A DNA stretch of 64,000 nt, from assembly GCA_020184695.1 (NCBI GenBank), contig JAANOX010000032.1, positions 1 to 64,000 on the forward strand. Reading direction: 5' to 3'. This document shows positions 1 through 12,600 of this stretch, in pieces (the first letter of the stretch is position 1; each line of letters opens with the position of its first letter). The stretch is from Histomonas meleagridis 2922-C6/04-290x (Eukaryota > Protista > Parabasalia). The translations under genes were made by a program, and so were the position numbers. The notes beneath the pieces are model-generated. The model worked only from the letters and a program-made list of their open reading frames with translations, had not been told where the DNA came from and did no database searches.

Positions 1-1714
1 ACGTTTCACAGTTCCCATTAACATCATCAATTCGGACTGGCGTCATTCATTCTTCAAATAACATCCAACCATTTATCGTCAGTCAATGTAGAGAGCCTTG
101 TTTAATAGTTGGAAGATTTCGTATGTTCTTCGACATGTTGGATTTAGTAAGTTCGAAGCCATTTAACGCATAGACTTATTCATCTTTTTTACCACTAGTA
201 TATTCTTAAATACCAATTAATGTGGTTCCCTTTTAGAAAGATTACTGCAATTGTTGGACGTGAAAATTTTGGTAACGATGGTACAACTCGTGATTTGGAA
301 TAAAAATAAGTTATTTACCTTCATTATATTTTAGTAGTGGGATATATTTGACTCTTAATAAAAATCAAGCGTCATCAATTCGTGGTGTATATAAAATTGT
401 TTGGTTCGATTGTACTTATCGTTTGCCATTGTTCTGATGGATTTCTTGTCCCTCTCATCGTTACAACGGACTCTCCTCAAATTTTTCCCGGAATGAATAA
501 ACGGTCGAATTCTATCGTCTCGTTTTCCGTTATCGTTTCTGGAACGATACGTTTGAAATAAACGGTGTCAATGATTTGACTAAGTTTTGTTTCAATGTCG
601 GTGATAATGTTGAATTACATGTGATGGAAGTGATGTTAAATATAAGCATTTGACATGTATTTGTTTTACCTACATTTTCGGGAGTAATAAACATTTTGAA
701 TTTTTACATATGATTTCTGATTCTTACAGCCATATAACATATGTTGGAATTGATGTTTGTAATAATGATGGAAAGTCCTTCAAGGTTCACCACTGGATAG
801 GTTCATGTGGAAATGGTAAATATAAATATTTATCTTTAGAAGGTACCGGACGATCAGATAAATTGTTTGAAGTTGACGTTTAATTCAAGTCACATTTGAT
901 GATGTTTGATGTCTTTGATTAATAATTAATGTTGGAGTCCCTTCTTCAACTTGGCCCCATTCTTCATTAGTTTTTTGGTGGTTGGTTACGGGTACATTTT
1001 GGTTGTTGAATCATCATATTGTGATTTAATGATTGTTGAGTCTCTTCTGTTTCTTCTTGAAAGGAAGCATCTGTTGGCTCTCCTTGACTTGAAAGTAGAA
1101 AGATCTTCTGAAATTTTTGAGAAAAATGAGATTTCATCTATCTTTTCTAGGGATCACGACCTTGACGTGTGCTACTCAAACTCATTGGAGAAAGTTTAAA
1201 AGCATTTCTAATTCTTCTTCTGTTAATTGTTTTCGTTGAATAACGAAGATAAGCTGATCGCTACTGCCAATTGTAATCTTAGATGTGAAATCAAATGTGT
1301 TTCCTGATAAATTAATAGTTTCTAAATTTTGAAGACAGGAAATTTGTTATTGGTGATGTTGACGATTAGAGAACCGAGGTTTGGAAAACATGAAATCAAC
1401 GAGAGTAACGTTACAGTTATCAGAAGTGAATGTTTCAGGATTGGTGAAAACATTGTTTAAGAGGTTTGATGTTAGAATTTAAGATATAATTGTATTTGGG
1501 TAATTGTTTTATAGTTATTTTTGTTTAGTTATTTTATCGACATCAAGACAATTTTCTGTTTGGTATTTCTTTTAAATCAGTGGATGTTAATCTTTTGATT
1601 TTTAAACGAAACATGAAGAGTTATTTTTAGACTTGGTTTCAGGTGTTCTTTAGGAATGAGGGCGTGGTGAAATGGGCTGTCTTCAATGTAATGGCGCGTT
1701 GGGGTATCGCTCAT
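1..1714 (-). pseudogene. Error-ridden mirror copy of the 5' part of the AIR9-like gene (36937-~38,725); likely artefactual
   Basis: Reverse complement matches the intact AIR9-like CDS with many small indels. The start ATGAGCGATACCCC is mirrored at 1714-1701. Confidence 0.9.
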
Positions 1715-2384
1715 TGAAACCAGTTATGTCGCTTTTGTTTGATGTAGTTCATGTAGGTAACGATGGAAATGCGTTTAGTAAAATTTATTCTTGCAATTTT
1801 TGGGTTAATAATTATTTTTATAGAGGTGTTACATTTGCAAACTGTTTCATCATGGCAAGACCTCTTTTTTTAGTCACAATGGATAGAAAAACAAATGCAC
1901 ACCAAATTTGTTCAAGAAATTTTAATTTTAATTATAATAAGTTGCTTACAAGATTTCATTCTGAAGCTTTTGAATGTTGATAGTGAAAATGCAATTAAGA
2001 TTATGTATTCTATTGATATTATTACAGTTCAAGGCTGGTTGCTTTTTTATTTAAATCAAATGTTATTATCTATCTATTGTAACATTTTGCAGATTTATTA
2101 ATGTGTTAGCAGATAAGTATTTTGAACTATATGTTTACATCCGTTTCAAAGTATTTTTTTGAATGTTAACATCGACCATTTATAAGAAATCATTCATATC
2201 AGTCATGTTCTTTTTTAAAAAACTATTTTAAGGAATTTTTCACAACAGTTCATCTGCAAGCAATCCATGCTTTAATTAAAAATATAAATATTAGTCAAAA
2301 ACGCCATGTTTGACAAATGGCGTTGGTTTTTGCAATGTAAATATTGAACAAGTTTGTAAAAATCAAAATTTTTGACACATCAAA

Positions 2385-4380
2385 TGTGATTGCAATCTTA
2401 ACATTTATACTAAGTTGAAGAAGTTGTGCTTTGCTTTATCGAATGATTGTATTCATGGTTTGATGCGGCTGTGAAGAATTTAATCAAGATGAATATTTTG
2501 GAAGAAACTCTTAACATCTTCTTGATTTTGCAGAAGGTAAAGCATTTGAGACCTTTATAATGGTTTATCAAAATTTGTTTATGATGATGAGATGTGCGAT
2601 AATGGACAATTGTTATATAATCAATTTTCTTTTTGGAATGAAGGACAATGTCTTGAAGAAGAACAGGAAGCCAATGTTGATCTTACATTTGAAGAGGAAG
2701 AAGAACCACCATCAACAGATGTTTTATCTCCAGAACTTTTAGAAAAGCAACAAAACGATCTTGTCAAAAGGCTTTCGACCACCTTTTGTTTTTCCGAGGA
2801 TGTTTCATTTCTTCTTCTTCAACATTTTTCATGGAATTATTCCAATGTTTCCACCAAACTCTGTGAAAATCGCGAGAAATGTTTTGAGGAAATTCTGTGT
2901 GTTTCCACTTTTCCATGGCGCAATCTTCAGCTGACTTAAGAGGTACCTGGTGAAGTTGGATCTTGGCATTATTTGATTCTGGTGGTTATGAGCTTGTCTG
3001 TGGTCACCGTTGGCTGTGGACTGGAAGGATATGTGAACTCAATACAAGGCGGAAAATTCATCAAATGTATGAGTCGGATGTCACAACAATCATGGAATCG
3101 GACATATTGAAATTACTTTGGTCAGAGGTAGTAAGACAAACATTTCTTATGGAAGGTCAAATTTTACGTGACTCTGGATGTATATGTGCGATACTGCGTC
3201 AGCAAGTTTAACCATCAATTGATTGGCCATAATGTTGCTGAATGTTCTGTTGGAAACTTTGGATCTGTTGGCGATGTCATGCGAGATTCATCTTAATTGG
3301 ATTGCGAACAAATCGAAGTTTGGAAGAACTTATCCGTCATGGGAGAAGAGGTCAAAGCGCTAGGCGATATGGGAAGCTCATGAAGACTTTTGTAGTTACA
3401 TCATGCGTGATATGAAATTCAACGACGAAGTAGTCCAAGAGCAAAGGGCGAACAACATCACAAGAGGTTTATCGAGCTTAGAGATCAATGAACTTGAGAA
3501 TGATTAACAACATGAAAGGACAAGACTATATTCGAAACTTGGATGAACAATATCAGCTTTTCGTTACGACGTTTTTCATGGTTAAAGAAGAAGAATGATA
3601 TGAAAGAACGGAAGCAGTTAAGGTGGTAACAATCGATCTCCGTTCATTTTGATGAGTCCTAAGCATGCCATTTTTGCTTCAGGCAATTTTCAAGTCTGTC
3701 AAATTCGTGGTACAAAGGTTGAAATGACGTCAGAAGATTGTTAGCAGATCTTGTGAAATGTCCGTATAAATCTCTATTGAAGCAAGGCGGCTGTAACTGA
3801 GATGTGGGAAATGTCATTATGGTTCTGTTGGGTGTGTTGGCGGATGGTTGGGCGACGCATGGCGATGTTTGTGTCATGATTGATGGAAATTGTGGGATAA
3901 TGAATTGTGATATTGAGGTGGGCATTGATTTAAAGATGAAATATTACTGCTACCTGAATGAGTTGGATCTGTGTGTGGTATAATCGTTTACTTTTATCAT
4001 TCAGATATGGTGGACATATCCAATCACGGAATAGAAAAGAAAGCGTGAAAACTTTGAAAGTGATAGTGCTTTAACGTTAATATGTAAACTGCAGCAGAAT
4101 TTCATGAAACTTTGTCTTTCAAGTTATCGATGACGTAAGATCGGTGTCATTTGGAGTTACAAAGGCATATCTCATGGATAATAAGTTGGATGATTACATG
4201 TTTAAATATATCAGTCAAATGTGAAGTAGCAATTGAAGGTTGGTGGGAATGGTGAGCATCAAGTAATAAACTTTGAACGGTACGTGAAGTTTAGGGATAT
4301 GCAATTAATTTTACGTTATTACTGGGCAGAAATTCAAACCATGGACAAGGCAGGGTACCAAGAGATTTTGGGTGAATAAG
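2385..4380 (+). pseudogene. Error-ridden mirror copy of the Ariadne/RBR gene; likely artefactual
   Basis: ORF 2592-2939 contains about 80 residues essentially identical to the intact ORF 35119-36222 (LEEEQEANVDLTFEEEEEPPSTDV...KCFEEI). RING2 remnants (KCP...EKQGGCN...C..C...FCW) are readable at ~3,755-3,835. Confidence 0.9.
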
Positions 4381-4409
4381 CGTCTGTATATGTGAAAATG
4401 AAAATGAAA

Positions 4410-6510
4410 TTTTGTGAATGAATAAGAAATGGAATTACTTAATAGGGTGAATGAATAAGATGGGATTGCTAATGAAGTGAATAGATAAGAAATGGAGTAC
4501 TTAATGAATTGATGAATAGAAAATGGAGATTATAGTGTAGTGAATGAATAAATGGATTTTTGTGGTGAATGAATGAAATGAATTACTTAATGATGAATGA
4601 ATGAAATGGAATACTTTAGTAGGTGAATGGAATGAAAATGGGGTTAATGAAGTGATGAATAAATGGAATTCAATGAAGTGAATGAATAAATGTAGATTAC
4701 TTAATGAGTGAATGAATAAGAAGTGGAGTACTTAATGAGTGAATGAATAGAGAAATGGAATTACTTGTGAGTGAATGAATAAATGTGAATTATAATGATA
4801 GATGAATAAGAAATGGAATTATAATGAAGTGAATGAATAGAGGAAATGGGATTACTTAATGAGAATTGAATGAATAAGGAATTAATGTGAATGAGTGAAT
4901 GAATGAAGTGATTTGCTTAATGTAGAGTGAATGAATAGAAGTAGATTGCTAATGAAGTGATGAATGAAGTAAGATTGCTTAATGGGTGAATGAATAAGAA
5001 ATGGAATTGCTTATTGGAAGTGAATGAATAGAATGGAATTACTAATGAAGTGAATGGAAATGTAGTTGCTTGTGGTGAATGTGAAGTGGATTTTTTAATA
5101 GGTAGTGAATGAAATGGAATTGCTTTGAAGTGAATGAATAAAGTGGGGTTAACAATGAAGTGATTGAATAGAAATGGATTACTTAATGAGTGAATGAATG
5201 AAATGAATTTACTTAATGAAGTGAATGGATAAGGAAATGGAATTTACTTAATGAGTGATGAATGAAATGGTGCTAGTGTAAGTGAATGGATAAAAATGGA
5301 GATTATAATGAAGTGAATGAATAAAGTAAGGTACTATGAAGTGAATGAATAAGAAATGGGATTACTTAATGAAGTGAATGGATAAGAAATGAATTCTTAA
5401 TGAGTGAGATGAATGAAGATGGATACCCAATGAAGTGAATGAATAAGTAGGGAATTACTTAAGAGTGAATGGAGTAAGAAATGGGAGTATTACGTGGGTT
5501 GTTTAATGAAGGTGATGAATAGAGAATGGAAACTATGGTGATAAGATATGGGGTGAATTAAGTGAATGAATAGAAATGGAATTGCCAATGAAGTGAATGG
5601 ATAAAGAATAGGATACATGGAAGTGAATGAATGAAATGGAGTTGCCAATGAAGTGAATGAATAAGAAATTGGTACTTGTGAAGTAGAATTGAAGAATAAG
5701 AAATGGAATTACTTAATGAAGTGAATGAATAAAGGAATGGGTACTTATTAGGTGATTGAATATAAGTGGATTTACTTGGGGTGAATAGATAAGAAATGGA
5801 ATTACTTAATGAGATTGAATGAATAAATGGAATTGCTATTGGAGTGAATGAATGAAATGGAATTACTTAATGAAGTGAATGAATAAATGGAAACATGTAG
5901 TGAATGAATAGAAATTGATTATGTGGTGAATGAATAAAGTGGATTACTTAATAGGAGTGAATGAATAGAAATGGAATTACTTAATGAAGTGAATGAATAA
6001 GAATGGATTACTTAATGAAGTGTTAATAAAAGAATGGAATTGGCAATGAGTGAATAAATGATGAATTACTTAATGAAGTGAATGAATAGAAATGGAATTA
6101 CTTAATGAAGTGAATGAATAAAGAAATGATTGCGGAATGAGTGAATGGATAATGGGATTTTGTTGAAGTGAATGAATGAAATGGAATCACTTAATGAAGT
6201 GATGAATAAGTAGATTGCCAATGAAATTGTGAATGAAAGTAATGTTACTTATTGATGAATGAATAAAGAAATAGAAGTTACTTGTTGAGTGAATGAATGG
6301 AAATGGAATTGCCAATGGGAGGTGAATGGACAAGTAGGTGCCAATGAAAGTGGAGACAGACAAGAATGGGTGCCTTATTAGAGCCAGATGAATAAGAAAT
6401 GGAATTACTTAATAGTGATGAAAGAAATGGAATTACTTAATGAAGTGAATGAATGAAATGGAATTGCTTAATGGAAGTAGTGAATAATAGGTTGCTGTGA
6501 AGTGAATAAT
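4410..6510 (+). repeat. 33-bp minisatellite array, consensus AAGAAATGGAATTACTTAATGAAGTGAATGAAT, roughly 60 degenerate units
   Basis: Tandem units are visible directly, e.g. 5,800-5,880, 5,960-6,000 and 6,090-6,120. It mirrors 32,260-34,200. Confidence 0.95.
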
Positions 6511-6900
6511 ATATTGGTTTACAAATAATCATTATTATTGAAAGTTGATACTCAAAGTATTTTAATTTCATAAAACATTTCCACAAAAATTTCATGTTTT
6601 TTTATTTTGGTAATTATTTTTATTTAAGAAACCTCTTATATAAGCATCTTAAAAATTGGACATACTGAAATAGTTAAATTACTTCTTACAAAAGATGTTG
6701 ATATAAATACCAAAATGATTGTATTTCAAAGTATTTTGGACAACATACATGTGCAAGAAAATGAATTATACCAGAAATAATTGAAATGTTTCGTAAAATA
6801 AATCAGATGATATAACAGATAGAAATTATTTGAATTCCATTTTGGTAAAAAATTATATCATTCAAACTTATATGAATAAATTTATTCAAGGTCGAAAAGA
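6510..6900 (+). pseudogene. Noisy ankyrin-repeat fragment with the same core/spacer architecture as 63,267-64,000
   Basis: Frameshifted core readable as (T)PL..AS.IGHTEIVKLLLTKDVDINTK at ~6,630-6,715. It is preceded by an AT-rich spacer containing TTTTGGTAATT (GG at 6609-6610). A mirror copy lies at ~31,900-32,250 on the minus strand. Confidence 0.55.
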
Positions 6901-7859
6901 AAAATTCAATCCTGTATAGATCTTGCCATATAGCATGACAATTATATTTTTTTTTTTAACATGTTATATATTTTCTAAAACATCTTTCATAAATCCATTT
7001 AAACCAGATTGCATTATGAAATATTTTTGTACAGATACAGATTGTGAAAATGACACTTTTAAAACCTTCAAATGGATTGGATCAACTCCTTTTCTCGATT
7101 TTTTCTTCAAGTATTCCGGAAATTGATTTTGTTGACATTCTTCTGTTTGCAATGGTCATTGATTCGACATCGTCAATCAAATCTTGATTTTAGATAAAAG
7201 GTCGACCAGGCTGCTTAGCTTGTTCCAAAACAGTTCGTTTTGGAGAGCTTATTTTTCACATCTCATATGAGGATCCTTGGGTACCTAATAATTCTTATGT
7301 ATTTCGCTATTATTTTATGACCTATCAGTTCTATTATGTCACACCTTCTTTTTATCATTGTTTGTGACATTTGAGGTTTGTTTGTTCATCAAACAATTAA
7401 AAGTAAACGGAACATTTTGAAGGCTCACAATGCCAGAGCGATTTCTTCAGAAATAGGTGACGAATATTTGACATAGATGTAAACACGCAGAAATGGATAA
7501 TAAATGAAAGTACATATACATAAATCAATCACCTAATTAGTTTTTGAGAAACGTGATTTAAAACAAAAAATGATACAAAAAACGACAAATAACGCGGGTG
7601 CTTACATAAATTGGTTAAGACATTTTCAAAATGAATTTGTTTTCTGGACAACAAGATTCGAGAACGTTAGTAACAATGGTTTGTGTGAAATTTAATGTAT
7701 GGTACAAATTTTTGCAAAATGAAACAAAAAATTATCAGTAATTCCTAAACCAGAAATAAATCTATTGTTCTGGAGAAATGGACTTCAATGAAATATTGTT
7801 TACTGATCCAATCCTGAAACAATCCAAATTTCACAGATAACAATGTAAACACAAAGAAA

Positions 7860-8115
7860 CAACGAAGACCTCCAAATATCTCATTTGCTTTTTTTCAGAC
7901 AAACAGACTGATCTTCGAAGACAGCATCCGAACTTCCAAATATTGAAATATCAAGATGCTTGGGGGGCTGTGGAAACTCTTGATGAGTCTGAGAGACGCC
8001 CCTCTCAAAGAAAAAGCCAAGAACTCCAAAGCAGAATTTGAGGAGCCAAGTCAGATTACCGCTATGAGAAAGCACTTGAAAAAGGAATGGAACAAAGCCA
8101 TGCTTCAAAGTAAAA
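7860..8115 (+). pseudogene. HMG-box protein (frameshifted in this assembly)
   Basis: Joining frames gives RRPPN..F..SDKQTDLRRQHPELPNIEISRMLG..WK.LDESERRP...KA..L..EF....DYRYEKA, a typical HMG box. The mirror at ~30,900-31,150 supplies RRQHPE.SNIEISRMLG. Confidence 0.7.
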
Positions 8116-9430
8116 CCAATTGAAATGAGTTTTCAAACTAATTTCCAAGTGTTTATGAACTTGATGAATGGCAGCAACAAATTCAAACTTTTGTGAAAAT
8201 CAGACATATCCAATTTCACAAGATTTTATTCTTTTAATGAAGATATAGACAAGTAAATCTTTTACTAAACATCATAATACCCATTTCATGTTTTTACTTT
8301 AGATAATAATTATAATTATTTTTGTCCTTTGTAATTAAAATAAATTTAAAGTTAATAAACTCATTAAACGTTTATATTTTATTCTGTTTGCTTGAACAAT
8401 AAATAAAAGCATTGGGAATATGATGTGAAAACGAAATAGATTTGTGGATCAATGTAGTATTGTATTGTTTTTAAATATTTATTTGCACTTTTCGATGTCA
8501 AAAATAGAAACAATGCACACTGATAATTTTTGAAAAAGTGTTGATGAAGTTACAAATAATTTATGGGTTGGATTTTGAGATTCTTTAAGATAAATTGCTT
8601 CCTTACATTATGTCATAGTTACATTGCTCTTCTCCAATCATGGAAAAATCTGTAACATCCTATGTTTCACTAATCTTCTATCTTTTGTTTTAGGTCACAT
8701 TCGAAATAATTAGAAACAAAGATGAACTGATTCATATTGCTCATCAAGATCTGTTCGTCTTCTTTGAGTTCTGTCATCAAGTTGTGCTTTGACCACAAAC
8801 ATTTTCTATTATACTCATTGTGTTAGTGACAAGTTTATGAAAACTTGTTTCGGTTCGTCTTTCTCTCTGTGCATATTGATTCTGATTAGGATCCATAGCT
8901 GCTATAGAATTATCCCAAACGGACCCAAAATCGAGTCTCATCAAAATTATTGAATATTAAATTTTAATTACTAAATGGAAACACTAGTTATCAGGTTTTA
9001 TGTGTAATTAAAACAATTATATGAAAAGTTGAATATAATCAACAAATTTGTTATTGCAAGATATTCTTCAATTGATACATATTTGCTTTGTATTATATAT
9101 ATGATGAAAAAGCGTTTTTTCATTATGGAAAATTTATTTTTTGCCTGATGCATGATTTTTTTAAAAATGAGAAAAAACAGTGTATTACTATTCAATATGG
9201 AGGTAGGCAATACGTTCTCAAGCACTGGCTCATCGTTTGGGGCTTCTTCAAATTACGTTCATATATATTTTGTAAAAGCTAAATGTCTCTTTAAGCTCAT
9301 ATATCTGTAGGATATAATGTATGAATATATGCAAGAATAATAAATTAATTAAATCTTGCTTAAACATGAAGGTATATATTTCTTAACTACAAAATAGGTA
9401 TTTTCAAAAAAGTTAACACAACATTTTTAA

Positions 9431-9979
9431 TTAGCAGATCGATCATCATCTGCATTTTGATTTTTGACTTCTTCAATGTTCTCAAATGAATTGCTTTTGG
9501 AATCTCGGAGAACTTTTCTTTTTCTGCAAGTTTGCCTAATTATTATCAAGAAATCTTCACCTTCTCTTTAAGAGCATCTGAAACTGTTTTTATCATTTGC
9601 GATCGAAGTTCACTTGATGGAATCGCTGGTGAATCATTTTTTCCGACAAATGTGGATGATGGTTCTTTCCGACATTCTCAATACTCGTCAATCCATCTTC
9701 CACCTGCAAAGGACTCATAGTTTGAAAGGTCAAAAACAATTACAACAACATCAGCACCACGAGAAATATATGTTTGACCAAGCTGAACGATATTGTTCCT
9801 GTCCGCTGTATCCTAAATTCAATTAAGTTTGCCTTTAAAATTTTGTTCATATGTTGTAAATCAACTCTCTATGTGGATTCGTTCGGATCAACATCACCTT
9901 TTTTATATTTTGGCGGATTGTTGTTGCTTTTGGTCGAGTTTCCCAAAAAAACCTTTGTGAAATCTTGGGTGGAGTTCAT
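9431..9979 (-). pseudogene. Rab/Ras-family small GTPase (frameshifted in this assembly)
   Basis: The minus strand reads MNST...LGNS...(G1 remnant)...DTAGQEQYRSLGQTY.RGADVVVIVFDLSNYESF...W.....FVG.KND. The length of ~550 nt fits a Rab. The mirror is at 29,245-29,700. Confidence 0.75.
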
Positions 9980-12039
9980 TTAACAGCTTTGCTCCTTGGA
10001 TTGTTTTTGAACAAGTTTCAATGATTAAATGGTTTAAGCGCCCGTTTATTGTTATTTTTTATATTTAACGTCTTTTGCCACTTTTCTCTTGTGTTTCTGT
10101 AAGCATTTGCCAAGATTGAACAACATGTCCATCAGGTTTATGATGCTGATAACATTTCGATAATACTCGTATAAACTAATAGCGCTGAGTGTGAAAAATT
10201 TTTGTAACGAACGATCCATATTTCACTTCTTCCTCGACCTTGGATGTGTGATGGACCTCCAGATAAATCTCGGTGATTGATCTTGGATCCGTTTGTCATT
10301 TACATTACAATAAGCTAGCTTCAAACATGGAAGACCATATTTGGAAACCTCAGCTTTAGAATTCCATTGAGAGATAATACGTTTTGACCATGATATGTAT
10401 TGCTGTAATTCATCATTTTTCGACCCCAGAAAGACGTTCTTAATCTTCGAAATTTAAGTTCTGAAGGTCGGAGGGACTGCATTGCATCACTGCTTGGGCA
10501 ATCGAACAAAAAGTAACATTATGACAGATCGAGCGATGTGATTTCAGATAAGGAGATGGTGATGAGAACACAAGATTACAGAGGTTTTATTTCTTCAAGG
10601 TGAGTTTGAGTGATAAGAATACTGGATTCTCTTGAACAGTCGAAGAAACTTGGAAGAAAAGAAAGTTGGAACTATGTTGTGAAGGTCAAATAAAGTTTAT
10701 ACTGTTCTGTTAACAATCCACTTAAGCGATTTTTTCGAAATCAGCTATACTGACAAATAATATTGATATTGATACCTAGGACAAGGTCTTGGTATCAGAT
10801 CGAAGCAAGATAGCTTTCTAAAAGACTAAGGTTTCCAAGAAGCAACATCAAGTGCGTTGAGAAAACATGGTTTAAAATCGAATGTGAATTCGCAACAGTC
10901 CAACTTTGTTTGGACAAGACTCTTCAGATGAAAAAGATTGCTTGATTAGTTCTTTTCACCAACCATAAATCTCTTTCTGAGGGTATATCTGTTCTGCAGT
11001 CCAAATATGCTTGTGAACTCGGACTCTAACTCTATCATTTCGTTCGGAAAACATTGTGGACGACATCTATGCTGTGTCCTTCAGTTGATTTCAAGGGTAT
11101 ATCTGAATTCCTAACTCTTTTCCGAATTCAAAAGTGTGAATCGTCATTGGGTGTCGTATGCAATGAGTTCGGATCGAGAAAAAGTTCAGTGAAACCTCGT
11201 CAGTTGATGCAGTTGGTTTTTCTTCTTGAGAGGTGAATCTGTCTTCGTTCAAAATTCAATACGTTTTCAAAAACAAGATTAACCGCTATCAGTAGTCAAT
11301 TTTGTTTTAATCATTGTGCAGAACACAATTCATTCCATCAAGATCTTGTCAGGTGGAACAAAGTGTCAGGTGTTGTTTGCTATATTGAACGGAAAATAGC
11401 TTTTCTGAGATTAGTTTGCTTTTCAATGATTGAAAACAAAAGGGATACTCAATACAATTTTCTTAACGTTCATGAAACTGTAGATAGAAGATGAAAATCT
11501 TTGAATGAAAGTTCTCATCTTCCTTTCTCTTTCAAAATATTAAGCTGTCTTTTCGGGGATGCAAAGCGTTGTTTTTGTTAATTTCAGTCGAAATTGATTA
11601 ACATGGATTAATAACTTATTTGATATTTCTATTAAGTTCTTAAAATTTTTTTTTTATTATAGCTGTGAATTATCAGACAAACCGACGCTACATTAGATTT
11701 AATTTACTATGGTCTAAATTCTCATTAAAATATTGTACAAGCTCTTCTTGTTTCAATACCGGTATGGTGTACATTTCGGTGAGCGTTGTGCCAACCTGAA
11801 TGGTGTTTTGCTAAATTACATTGTTGATGTAAATGTTACCACAATCTGAAACTATTTCTAAAAGTTCTTTTAGGGCCGTGTGTATGAGATGTTTGTGGGT
11901 TATTCCTTTCTCACCATTTGTCCAGCGACATTAAAAAGTGTCAACAAATGGCATAAACAAACTTTCAAACCTTTCAAATTTTAATACTGGCGGAAACACA
12001 AGCCTCAAACCACTTCAACAACAAATCAAATGGTGATCA

Positions 12040-12600
12040 TCAACCAGCTCAGGTTTTAACTTTTCGGGTAATCAATTACAAATTCCGCACCAACTGGCAA
12101 GCAATTTCGCTGATTTGGCGGAACAAACACGAGCAGTTCACCAAATAAAACAGGTTTTAACATTTCCGGAATAATACAGTCGACCGCACCAACGCAAGCA
12201 ATTTCGCTGGTGCTTTTTGGGAATAAACGCAGGCAGTTCACCAAAAAACAGGTTTTAACCCGATAATACAGAATTAGTTCACCAACAGCAAACAATTTCG
12301 CTGGCGGCACGGTGGTACAGGCAAAAACAACAAGTAATTGGCAAAAGGCAGCCCAGCATCTGGAGGGCGAAACTAAGCATAACCTCTGGTGGTTCAGTCC
12401 AGTCAATCAATATATATGCGTCTCTTGCGGCGATATAAAGTGTTGATGCCGACTACAACAAATCCATTGCAAAAATCAGATTCAGCCAATAAAAAGAGGC
12501 ATGATGACACACAGTACATGTTCTTTCTCGAGACAAACAAGCATAGTTTCTTTAAAGGAGATAAAGATGAACGGAGTACTTCGAAAGAATTATGAATACT
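12040..12600 (+). pseudogene. FG-repeat nucleoporin-like gene (Nsp1/Nup62-type layout), frameshifted
   Basis: Three ~100-bp repeats start with CAGGTTTTAAC (~12,050, ~12,150, ~12,250) and translate as TGFN(F/I)SGNN...PT.SNFAG...FG...SSP.K. A polar, possibly coiled-coil tail follows. The mirror is at ~26,900-27,450. Confidence 0.45.

Noticed and set aside
2592-2939. A second, paralogous IBR gene
   Set aside because: It is nucleotide-identical to the intact gene apart from read-like errors and lies at the exact mirror position of the palindrome.
4410-6510. CRISPR-like array
   Set aside because: The units are contiguous with no unique spacers, the context is eukaryotic, and there are no cas genes.
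9980-10520. Kinase-Rab fusion (HRDL-like string near 10,270)
   Set aside because: No DFG or APE motifs were found, and a stop plus AT-rich gap separates it from the Rab ATG at 9979.
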